A stretch of DNA of 64,000 nt, taken from Penicillus capitatus. Lineage: Eukaryota; Plantae; Chlorophyta. Every line of letters starts with the position of its first letter. Position 1 is the stretch's first letter. Below the pieces are notes generated by a model that had not been told where the DNA came from, made no database searches, and was given only the letters and a program-made list of their open reading frames with translations. The position numbers and the translations under genes are program-made. Location of the stretch: assembly GCA_965649825.1 (NCBI GenBank), contig OZ287695.1, positions 1,477,288 through 1,541,287 on the forward strand, written 5' to 3'. Below are positions 25,145 to 36,209 of the stretch, piece after piece.

Positions 25145-25694
25145 GCAAGAGGCTTTCGGATCGGTACCCAGAGCCGTCTTTTCTGTACCATTTTCTCTTC
25201 TCCTTTCTCTGGGTGCCCGTTCTCTCTCGTCTGGGCGACAGAGTCTGTCTGTTTTCCTGCTCCGTTTCTTTTTCTTTCTTATTGATTGTCGCAGATTCTG
25301 TCGTCCTCTTCCTGCATGTGTTTCTCTCGCTCACTTTGTGTTTGTTTCCATTTTTCGTGTTTTAATTGGTTTCATTTCGTGCTGTGTTTACACCTTTGTT
25401 GTCTTGTGGTTTTCCTGTCTAGTTAGCTAACGCGTTGTTATTGCTCGGTTCCCTTTTTGTTTTTTGTTTGTTCTCTTTCTGTCCATCTTGAGCTGTTTTA
25501 CGTGCTACTTACTACCTGCTGATTCTTGTCGCACATTTTTTATCTTCACTTCCTTTTTTGATATCGTCTTGTTTTCTTTTCTAATGCATGCTTGTATGTT
25601 TTACTTTCTATTTTCATGTGCTTTCTTCTGTTCCTAGTCCCTTTTTTGATCGGGACTCCTAAGTGCATGTCCGCGAGGCGCGCCGGATCCGAAG
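25145..25694 (+). other. Structured U-rich intron (unit 2, copy 2; 550 nt, GC donor)
   Basis: GCAAGA..GATCCGAAG. Helices 25149-25162/25686-25697, 25163-25173/25207-25217, 25233-25247/25292-25306 and 25636-25641/25652-25657. Confidence 0.55.
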
Positions 25695-26689
25695 CTCTCT
25701 GACTGGTCTACTCACCCTGGAGACCTGCTGCTGTATCACTAACTGCCTCACCAGATTCTCTGCCCAGGTTGCATGAATCAATCCGTTTGCTGCAAGTGAG
25801 TGACTACCGCTTTTGAGGTCCAAACTCATTCTTTGATGTGACAGTCGAGGAGTCAGTGCGCACGAATATCAGATGCACAGAAGCCAATAAGCGAGGAGTT
25901 TGAAGCCATCAGTAGTTGGATGAGATTACCTGCTGTCGTCGGGGTTTCTTGACATTCACATGTTACAATATACAGCCGATTGCTGACGTTCATGATGGTC
26001 TTTTGGATACCTTTGTGATTTCTGGAGAAGCACCCACAGAACCAGAAAAAGCATCTCGAGCTTCTGCCAGCCATTGCCGGTCTTTCATTCTTCTCTGGAG
26101 ACGCAATCAGAATCGAAGATGTCACTGAGACCAGCCAGTCCTCTCTGCTGTTCAACGACCAACTAGTTCTCCGTCACATATGATGCTATTTACCCTTGTC
26201 CGCTTCATTCTCTTTAACACTTTGACAGTGCCTGTCCATGTGGATATTGTTTGCGATACTGTCATCAAACATACATGTGCACTTTTCTAGACGAGTGGGT
26301 GATTGCACAAGTCGTCGAAGCATGGGGGCATGCAGACTAATGCAGTTGGCATTCCTCGCTCGCTGCAAATCTGATGAGTTGTTAATTATTTCATCGTGAC
26401 ATTGGTCAGACATATCTGCATTCCAGATGTGGTTCTTGTAAAACAAGCTCCCTTACATAACCGAACTTAAAACACGCGTCTCACACAGATGCAAAGATGG
26501 TTGTATTTGGCATGTCCTGCGATAATAGAGGATGATCAGCCTCCCCGTCTGAAGAAGAATGAAATAGAAAGGTCCATGGTCATAACGTTCTTCACTTTGC
26601 ACAACAAAAGAATGCCGTCGACGCCCACATTTCGGCGCTTCTTAGACGTCAGTATGTGATGATGTATTCATCTCCATTCCATTCTTCAA

Positions 26690-27677
26690 ATGGGTTTATT
26701 CGAGAGCAAGGAAGCCAACACGAGTCGAGAGATTCAACACTTTCAGAAAATACCCGACAGATTCAATACGATCGAAGAAGTTCAAAAAGCTCTTCGTCAG
26801 GCTGGTCTCGAAGCCTGTCAGCTCATTGTTGGAATCGACTTCACGAAGTCAAACACATGGACGGGCGAGATATCCTTCAATGGTAACCTTCTTTCTATTT
26901 TCTATTGACGATCCTGACTCTGTCGTCTTTTCAGGACAAAACCTGCACTCTATTCACGGGCCACCCAATCCATACCTCAACGCCGTCTCGTTAATTGCCC
27001 GGACATTGGAAGACTTCGATGACGATCACTTGATTCCCTGTTATGGATTTGGAGATATGACGACCACTGCGTCGTCTGTCTTCTCCTTCTATCCAGGCAA
27101 CCAACCTGCCAATGGCCTCCAAGCACTCGTTCATCGATACCGAGAATTGGTTCCCTATGTGTCATTGTCTGGACCCACGTCATTCGCCCCACTGATTCGT
27201 CAAGCAATGCGTCATGTCTATCACACTGGAATGGACTTTCATCTTTTGTTGATTCTGGCAGACGGGCAGATTTCCTCCTCGTGTATGGAAGAGACGATGC
27301 GTGCGATTGAAGATGCATCTATGTTTCCGATCTCTATCGTTGTCATCGGTGTTGGAGATGGTCCCTGGAAGACAATGCGTCACTTTGATGACTCTCTGCC
27401 AAGTCGACGGTGGGACAACTTTCAATTCGTGGAGTTCAACAGAATTCTGAATGCGACATCGTCCGTCACGGAGGAACGAAGAGAGGCAAGCTTTGCATTG
27501 AATGCTTTGATGGAACTGCCAGATCAGTACAAAATCGCAGAGCATCTGATTGGCATGGCGGCGCAGGAGAGAGTGAAAGACATCGTCGCTTCTATTCCTC
27601 CTTCAATACTTAAGGATCCGCCCGTGCATTTTAGCGAGTGGCGCGAACTGCCCACTGCGCCGCCTATGCCTCTGTGA
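26690..27677 (+). CDS. Copine/vWA-domain protein (RGLG-like, no RING); intron 26883-26934
   Basis: LIVGIDFTKSNTWTG, NPY, DDDHLIPCYGFGD, SGPTSFAPLI, LLILADGQ, VGVGDGPW, WDNFQFV and ALMELPDQY; MG..S N-terminus. Confidence 0.9.
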
Positions 27678-28263
27678 TCTTCCGGTATTGTCGTTTGCCT
27701 CTATGTCAAGATTCGATGTTTGATTCGTTTATTCACGACATCATTACGGATGTTATAGCTGTTGTGCGGGAACAGGCAGTAGACGTTGATAGGATATCCT
27801 TTGCGTCTTTTCCATTCGTCATTCTAATAACTTAGAGGATTGAGAAAAACGTGCGAGAAGATTCAATCCTCAAGCATCAAGGGAGCATGTTGTTCCTGTT
27901 CTTTCCGTGTGTCTGTCTCTGAGAGTCGAAACATCGCATCCATTCAAGCAAACGAAATGCATTATCGTATGTTTAAACAATTGTTTCCGATCCGGCAAAA
28001 AATGTGGCTCACAGATCATTGATGCAGATTGTCTGAGAGCATTCTGCCGTCGATCACCAGTCACTGCGTTTATTGTTAGAGTAAGCGACGACGACGTTCA
28101 AACCCTAGATAAGCACTTCAGGGCGCATATTTATACGTTGCACCCCACCTGGGCAGAACTCCAGCAGTAGGAGGAAAGTCGACACCAACGAACAGATGAC
28201 AGATCGTTTGTAATCGAACATTTAGTCAGTTATCTTGGATCATTTCTTCATGGACTGCAAGAA

Positions 28264-28452
28264 ATGACAACCAGGAAGGCCAAGAAGGTTATCTCGCCGG
28301 ACGCCTGTGCCAGGAGATTGCGCATGGATCCGATGGTTTTGCGAGTTCTCGACATTAGAGACGGAGAAGACGAGTCCCAAACGAAGGACATACTTTCGTT
28401 CGTGACTAGTCTTTGCCAGACAGCACGGGACGCGCCCCGTCGTCATTCATGA
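28264..28452 (+). CDS. Possible small or partial hypothetical protein
   Basis: 62-aa ATG ORF in an otherwise gene-dense context; no recognised motif. Confidence 0.25.
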   Translation: MTTRKAKKVISPDACARRLRMDPMVLRVLDIRDGEDESQTKDILSFVTSLCQTARDAPRRHS

Positions 28453-28528
28453 ACGTCCCAAAGGAAGACGAGCGATGCGTTCTGATTAAACTTTCATTTG
28501 ACCTTTTGACTTTTTCGCCGTTCTCGTG

Positions 28529-29737
28529 ATGTTGAGACGATCGACGTCGCTGTTTTCACGAAAGTATGTTCGTTCACTCTCATCGAAATCGTCGTTCACG
28601 GCGACCCTCTTCCCTGGAGACGGAATTGGCCCCGAGATCGCCAACGCCGTCAAATCCATTTTTGCTGCCGCCAAAGTTCCAGTCCAATGGGACGAACAGC
28701 AGATCGGGACGTCGGTAGACGAACGTACCAACAGCATGATCACCCGCGAAAATCTCGATTCTGTGCTGGTGAGATGCACACCATGTCATCTCACATGCGT
28801 CCCTTTGTGGAAGATAGAAGCACCGCATTGGCCTTAAGGGTCCCATGATGACGCCAATTGGCAAAGGATTCCGATCTCTCAATCTCACTCTACGCAAAGA
28901 GCTACAGCTTTTTGCCAATGTCCGTCCATGTGTGAGCATCCCTGGACACAAAACACGTTACGACAGTGTCGATCTCGTGACCATTCGCGAAAACACAGAA
29001 GGCGAATACAGTGGACTGGAACACGAAGTCGTTCCGGGCGTCGTCGAGAGTCTCAAAGTGCACCCAGCCGCCACCTGATAGGCGACGTGACAGATCTCCT
29101 TGTAGGTCATTACCAGGACAGCGAGTCTGCGTGTCGCAGAGTTTGCTTTTGAGTACTGTCAGAAATCTGGAAGGAAGAAGATCTCGGCCATTCACAAAGC
29201 AAATATCATGAAACAAGCAGACGGACTGTTTCTGGAATGCTGTCGGGAAGTGCAGCCACGATACCCAGAGATCGAATACGAAGAGCTCATTGTGGACAAC
29301 GCTTGCATGCAGCTCGTCAAGGATCCAACGCAATTCGATGTCCTGGTGATGCCCAATCTCTACGGAGACATCATCAGCGATCTCGGAGCGGGTCTCATTG
29401 GTGGTCTGGGACTGACACCGAGTGGCAACATCGGTCTGCAGCTTCGTGGCCGCTTCCGCATAGCGTCATGACGGTTTGTGTAGGGTATGATGGGTTGGCT
29501 TTGATGGAGGCAGTCCATGGGACGGCTCCGGACATCGCAGGGAAGGATCTGGCAAATCCGACGGCTCTTCTGTTGAGTGGGGTCATGATGTTAGAGCATC
29601 TTGGCTTAGGAAACGAGGCTCAGCGTATCAAAAAGGCTGCACTCAAGACGATTGCTGATGGGCATTACGTTACTGGCGATCTGGGCGGCTCGGCCAAATG
29701 TTCTGAATTCACGAAAGCCATCATCGACAACTTGTAA
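28529..29737 (+). CDS. IDH3: NAD-dependent isocitrate dehydrogenase, catalytic subunit (mitochondrial); introns 28769-28817, 29058-29105, 29434-29483
   Basis: [54 protein letters not shown] and [13 protein letters not shown]. Confidence 0.95.
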
Positions 29738-29739
29738 TC

Positions 29740-30468
29740 ATGCCACGTCATCGAAATCGGCGACAACGACGCGATGTCGGGCCGGGGGCTACGAGCGAAG
29801 GACACTTGGAAGAGCATCCGGAAGGGGAGCGGGTGGGTCGAGGCGTGCGTCTGGCTCTGTGGGATTTGGGTCAATGCGACCGTAAGAAATGCACAGGAAT
29901 GCGGCTCGTTCGGCAAAACCGAGTAGAATTGCTGCGTCTGGGTGTGCGCTTTCCTGGAGTTGTCTTAACGCCTTCTGCCACGAAATGCGTCTCGCGCGAA
30001 GACGCAGAGCTCGTACGGCAGAAGGGCGTCGCGGTGGTCGACTGCTCATGGAATCGTTTGGATCAAGTGCCTTTCCATCAGACAAAAGGCGCAGCTGAGC
30101 GTCTCTTGCCCTGGCTCCTCGCTGCCAATCCCATCAACCATGGTCGCCCCTGTACCCTCTCTTGTGCCGAGGCCTTAGCCGCGATGCTCATCATCTGCGG
30201 ATTTCGAGCACAGGGAGAAGAAATCCTCTCTCAGTTTAAATGGGGACCTTCTTTTCTCACACTCAATGCAGAAAACCTAGCCATGTACGAGTCATGTGCC
30301 ACTGGGAGAGATGTCATCGAGGCGCAGGAGCAGTGGCTGAAACATATTGAACAGGAGGCTAGAGACGGAACCTACGATACACCACACTATGAATTCCCGC
30401 CGTCCTCATCTGACGAGGATTGTTTTGAAAGAGAGGATTACAGAGATGTCCCGTTTTCGTGTAACTAA
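29740..30468 (+). CDS. TSR3: 18S rRNA aminocarboxypropyltransferase
   Basis: WDLGQCDRKKCTG, VVDCSW, RLLPWLLAANPINHGRPCTLSCAEA and FKWG, plus an acidic tail. Confidence 0.95.
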   Translation: MPRHRNRRQRRDVGPGATSEGHLEEHPEGERVGRGVRLALWDLGQCDRKKCTGMRLVRQNRVELLRLGVRFPGVVLTPSATKCVSREDAELVRQKGVAVVDCSWNRLDQVPFHQTKGAAERLLPWLLAANPINHGRPCTLSCAEALAAMLIICGFRAQGEEILSQFKWGPSFLTLNAENLAMYESCATGRDVIEAQEQWLKHIEQEARDGTYDTPHYEFPPSSSDEDCFEREDYRDVPFSCN

Positions 30469-30674
30469 GGATCCTGACTGCAGGGTCTAGTGTCTTGTAT
30501 GGACTCACTCTCAAACAGCCACTCAATAAACGTACGACAAAAACAAGGGAGTCTGCATGTACAATCGCTCGTTCGGATCGGAGAGCGGAATAGCGCATTG
30601 TGCCTCGGATCTAAAAAATAATCTTATTCTCATTTCTCTATACACGATGTTTTGCCATCAATGCGCTAATGGGA

Positions 30675-32260
30675 TCAGGTCTGGCTCGAAGTGCTTTCGG
30701 GAACGGCGACATCAATGGCTAAATTGGCACCCTTCAGGATATGCGTTCCGTGGGAAATGGCTCTCTGCACACACATGTTTTTCAGATGGATGTTCGAGAT
30801 CGGCGACATGGACGTTACCTTTATGGCTGCTTCTGTCTCAAATGTCACAAATCCAAAGCCTCGGTGTTCTTTCTTGTTTTCTCTGGATCTAGGGATATAG
30901 ACGTCCATGACAAATCCGAACTGACTGAAGTAATCGGCGAGGTCCTGCTCAACGCTGTCTTTGGAGAGCTTTCCCACGAAGATGCGTGGCCCTCCACGCA
31001 CTTTTCGCACGTGTGCTAGGTTATCCGTCACTCTTTGATTTTTGTCCTTTTTCGGACTAGGCGACTTCGTCAGCTTCGCTGTCGTTTCCGAAGCGCCTGT
31101 GTTCGGTTTCACCCCCATCGATGATCGCACTCCGTGCATCGAAGCTGCTGTCGTCGTTGTATTGTCGTACAGTTCTGCTCCGAGATTTGGCATCGGAGCT
31201 GCGTCTCCAGATACATCATCACTCAGAGTACTGGGCGGTCCACGGTTATTGCCATTACTGCTTGGATAGGCAACCGGTCTCGACAGCCCATCGAAAAAAC
31301 TCGCATCGAAGGTCGGATCGTTCATCGCACTCAAAGGTCCCCCAACTGCATAGTTGTTAGCCAAGGCCTCCACAGTGGGAAAAGGCGACGGTGTCATTCT
31401 CTCGGCGGCGGATAATGGACGGGGCGATTCGCCACTGCTATCGTGTTTGTTTGGGTTCGTCTCTTTCGGAGTGGCACGGTCGACAACGACCTCTGCTCCG
31501 CCCAGAGTGTGCTTCATGGCCATAACTCGATCCACTGCAGTCGGATCGGCAAAGGTTACGAAACCGATGCCGCGGAATGTATTTTTGGCAAAGTCACGAG
31601 GGCGATAGGCATCCTCCACAACGCCATAGGCAGCAAAGTGCTGACGTAAGGCATCTTCTGACACGGTGGAAGGAATGCGTGCGACGAAAATGCGTTTGGA
31701 TTTTGGAATCTGCACAGCAAGAGGAGAGTGTCATGTCATGGACGCATGTGAGGGTATGTTTGACCTCAGACGTCACTCTCTGATGGCAATGCGATGCGTC
31801 ATTCGGATGAGATGGCAGTCCTGTCATGTCTCTTTTTTTGGTCGACGCTTGTGGCGAAGCGTCACCAACAAGCGAGAATTGCTGATCGAAAGAACCATCC
31901 CTAAAAATCCATCCATTCTCACACTTTTCATGTGTTGTATCATTTAAACGGAGCGTAAACTGGAATGCTCAGAAGGAAAGCGGTGTAGCTAGAGAGTTCC
32001 ATGGTAATTAACGCGGGTCGAATTGAGCGGCAACGGTCAACGCGAACGCGCGCAATCGCATTCCGTCTAAACGAACGCACAAACGCACACACAACATCCG
32101 AACGAACGCACGGCCGCTCGAACAACAGAAGAAAACGCAGCAACGCGAAGACATCGTGTCGGTGTGCTCAAAGAGACCGTCTCATAGGTTTTCCGTGTCG
32201 GATGACGGGGACTTACGTCGGGAAATAGTCCGTATATAGGCGAGAAACCACCCGTGTCAT
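30675..32260 (-). CDS. RRM-domain RNA-binding protein (hnRNP A/Musashi-like)
   Basis: Two RRMs (RIFVARIP..RGIGFVTF; RIFVGKL..RGFGFVTFE). A probable upstream exon is joined through a 507-nt intron at 31710-32216; the start is uncertain. Confidence 0.85.
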
Positions 32261-32476
32261 CGTAGTAACCGCTCAATCGGGTCTTTAAAGTCGGACTTCT
32301 CTTCTTATCGCGCTTCAGGCAGATGCGAAAAGTGGCGATACGTTTAAGCACCAGAACCGCATAAGAACAAAGGCATCGTCATATTCGTTCGGACAAGCAT
32401 CGCGAATCGTTTCCATACCCCCGTGGACGAATATCGGAATCTTAGAACGAATATATCGACGTGACAGCTGGCAGAC

Positions 32477-33335
32477 ATGGGCCTTGATGGAGGAACAAAG
32501 ATCACGCGGTCCGACGTGCTCAGGGGTCAGTCGTGGAGATTGGCGACGCAAGACGAGAGCCGGTCGACGAGGGGAGGTTGCATCTCAACGAGCGCCGCCT
32601 TCGTTGAGAGACAGTTGGACAAGACCACGTCAAAGTATGTTCGTTCGTTCTGCCTCAATGTCGTTATCCAACCGTCGGAATGATCGTGCAGACAGATTCG
32701 ATGGACAAGCTGCGCTCTTTCGGAACAGCCTCTCGAGATGCCAATCGTGGCGGATTTTTTGGGGAATCTTTACAACAAGACTGCCGTTCTGACATTTCTC
32801 CTGAATCGAAGAGGGAAATTTGAAGATGATCACGCCAAGCACAGCTATCACAATATTCTGCAGAGCCATGGAAGCAGATTTGCGCATCTGCAACGCCGAC
32901 GGGATGTTTTCCACATTCATGTCCAGAAAAACAGCAGTGGCCGGATCGAATGTCCCGTTACTGGCGGTGACTGCATGAGGTGCGTCATCTCAGGAAACGC
33001 CTGAGCCTCCTAAGTCTGTGCTGATGGATGACGCTGTCTGCAGTGCGCCTTTCTCGGCATTGGCATCCTGTGGACATGTCTTCTCGACGCGGGCCATCGA
33101 GCAGATGAGTGACGGTCGATGCATGGAATGCGGTGCGGTATTTGATAAAGAGACAGATGTGATTCGTCTGAACAGCGAACAGGCTGCGCTGCAGAAGCGC
33201 ATGGAAGAGAATCTGAAAAAGAGACAAAAAGCGAACCGGTCCCATCGCTCAAAACGCAAAGCCCCTGCGCTCGATGCTGATCCACCACATCTCGAGCAGA
33301 AAAGAGCAGACAAGACTTCGAAATTCAATCCTTGA
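32477..33335 (+). CDS. RTF2: Replication termination factor 2 (Rtf2)
   Basis: MGLDGGT, WTSCALSEQPL, DFLGNLYNK, CPVTG, SCGHVF and C-x2-C; two introns. Confidence 0.9.
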
Positions 33336-33367
33336 GATAACTGCGAGACATGTGTTAGAAATTTGTA

Positions 33368-34835
33368 TTAGATGACGTGCGCAGCCGCCGCGTCCTGCAA
33401 AGAGGGATCGATCTCTTGTTTCAGCGCCCGGGTCATCACATCGTCCAACATCTGGACAGGGTCTGCGTCCACTAAAGACAGAAGGGAATGCGTTTTCTTG
33501 AGTGTTGCACAGAGTGTGGCTTGCAGTGAATGACTCTGTAGATTCCTTCGATGATGGGACAGTCGATGTGCAGCTTCTGTGATAACTCGAAAGCGGCTTT
33601 GGACGTCAACACCCCTTCGGCAACAGCGACCATCGATCTCTTGATATCTCCAAGTGTCTCTCCGCGTCCCAATCGCAGACCCACCATGCGATTGCGACTC
33701 AGATCACCTCCATATCATCCAAACTGCTTCACGCGTAGATGAGAGAGTCTTTACCGGTGCAGGTTAAAACGAGATCTCCCATTCCTGCTAGACCAGCCAT
33801 TGTCAGAGGATTGGCTCCTTTGCCAACTGCCAATCTCGTGATTTCGTTCAGTCCTGACCTGGATGTTCATTTGGAGCACAGATCTAGCGGCGATACCTCG
33901 TGTAATGAGCGCGGCTCGACCGTTGCTGCCACACTCGAGACCGTCACTGATACCACAAGCAATGGCCAGAACATTTTTCAATGCCCCTCCCAGCTCCACT
34001 CCTGCGACATCTGATGTCCTGTAACATCGAAATCGCGACGTCGACAGGAGTTCCTGCACTCTCTGTGCCACTCCCGCATCCTAAATGCATCTCGCTCGAT
34101 GGACGTGTCCGAATGGCTCTAGACCGACGATGGATGCGATGGTGACTACTGTAGGTGCCTCTTGGGCCACTTCTTTTGCAAACGATGGTCCCGAGAGGTA
34201 AGTCAGACGCGAGTGGAAACTGGATGGCAGAATTCGGTGCAGGATCTCATCCACCGTCTCCAAGGTCTCGTTCAAGATGCCTTTTGTACAGGAAACCAAA
34301 ATCTTGCCGCTGTCTTCCAGCTGTGCCGCCACAGAACCTTTGACACACCACACGCCAGTCATATGACATTCGATCCTCCTTCATAGAGATGACCCAGAGT
34401 GCGTTCGACGAATGGCGTGGGCACCACCATCAACAGGACCTCTCCATGATCTACTACGTGTGCCAGATCATCTGTTGCTCGCATCCCTTGTGGAATCTTG
34501 ACTCCTGGAAGAAATCTCGTATTCTCTCTCGTCTCCTCGACGTTGATCGTTTCCACCACCTCGATACGAGACACGTTATGTCATCAAAGCTGCTCCCGAA
34601 GTGCACCTCTGTTTCGAGTGCCCAGATGAGAACATCATGTCCAATGCGAGCACAGTGTATTCCCTACACTTGACCCATTATCTCTATGATACAAAACGGC
34701 GTGGCGTTTTACGAGTGCTGTGCCCCAGGCACCGCCTCCAATCACACCGATCTATGCATGCATGAGTCGATAAGGTATCCACGAGCAGAGAAGTTGCACA
34801 TTCGTCCTTGCGATCGAATTGTTCTGATCGCTCAT
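33368..34835 (-). CDS. NAD(P)+-dependent glycerol-3-phosphate dehydrogenase
   Basis: [45 protein letters not shown] and GVLTSKAA; several ~50-nt introns. Confidence 0.9.
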
Positions 34836-34895
34836 GGCGTTCACAGGAGTTGAGGGTGATGTGACGTGACGAGAAAGCACTCGAACAGCACAGCG

Positions 34896-36074
34896 ATGGA
34901 AAGACGCGTGTCGCTACGATCTGCGGCGCCACAGGGATCGCATGGCGTGATTGGACGTGCACAAGTGCCGCTCGTGGCACAGCGTCACTCTGTTCGACGC
35001 CGACAACACCACAGTATCCCTTCACCTGCTCGGAGAGGACCATTACTGAATCTGGCTGCCTAGGCGGATCTTTTCTCAGCGGAGCAAACCACATACCTTT
35101 CAGAGATGCCTGTCTCTGGGCGCATGCATCTGACAGGACAGCGAGGATCACCGTTTGGCAAATGCTTAATTTGTTCTCTGTACCTATCGTGTTGTTTAGG
35201 TGCGAGTCAGTGCGTGCAGTGCGCCTATGAAGGTCATGATTGCCGGTCCTCCTGCATCCGGTAAAGGAACACAGAGTCAAAGAATTGTGGAAACGGTTCT
35301 GCCTTCCATTTGCATTCTCTCTGCCGAATGAACGACGACGGTGTTGACAGTATGGACTCGAGCACATTTGCGTGGGGGATCTCCTTCGCGCTGAGATCGG
35401 GGCTGGAACGCCGGCGGGAGGACGGGCGAAAGAGTACATGGATCGTGGAGATTTGGTCCCCAATGAGATCGTGGTGGACATGGTCAAGAACAGTCTCTCT
35501 TCGGACAAGGCGCTGAGCAAAGGATGGCTGTTGGATGGCTATCCTCGTAGTCTGGATCAGGCGACCGCCATCGAGAAAGAAAACATCCGTCCCGATATCT
35601 TCCTTCTCCTCAATGTCTCTCTCACACTATCAATACTCAAAAGTGTAAAAGTGTGAGATCTAGGTTCCAGATGAGGTGTTGATCGAGAGAGTTGTGGGAA
35701 GACGATTGGATCCGGAAACAGGTGATATCTATCACATCAAATTCAAACCGCCTCCTTCCGAAATAGAAGACCGATTGGTTCAACGCTTTGATGACACCGA
35801 AGAGAAGGTCGCTCCTGTGAATCAGATAAGCTTGAGAACGATATCGATGTCCTTAGGTCGTCAATCGACTCAATACCTACCACAGCAATCTCGAATCCAT
35901 CCTAGACGTCTACAAAGACGTCATCGTGGAGGTGTGCCCCTAACGTAGCAGATCAGGAGACGATGGGTGATCGAATTGCTTTAGATTAATGGAAATGGAA
36001 CGATGGAAGAGGTCTATGATCTCATCGAACAGGCCCTTTCAGCAGGGGCTCGTGCGCTCGCTGCCGAACCTTGA
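34896..36074 (+). CDS. ADK: Adenylate kinase, probably plastid-targeted
   Basis: MIAGPPASGKGTQ, GDLLRAEI, GDLVPNEIV, GWLLDGYPR and RVVGRRLDPETG; transit-peptide-like N-terminus. Confidence 0.92.
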
Positions 36075-36209
36075 TGTCCAATCAATGTGCGCGTCCGTGT
36101 CAATGCGCAAAGATGACAGTGGATCAATTGCATTTAAGGCCATTGCGTTCGCCGATATCTGTCAGCCGCCTCATTGGTTTCGCTTCGCCGTTCGTGCTCT
36201 TCCTCGACG

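Larger units (their letters stand above)
19087..25854 (+). mobile_element. L1/Tx1-like element derivative, copy 2
   Basis: Same module order as copy 1 and roughly 80% nucleotide identity by eye over ORF2 and the 3' module. It lacks copy-1 ~11208-11843 and has ~150 extra nt near 21260-21430. Confidence 0.7.
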
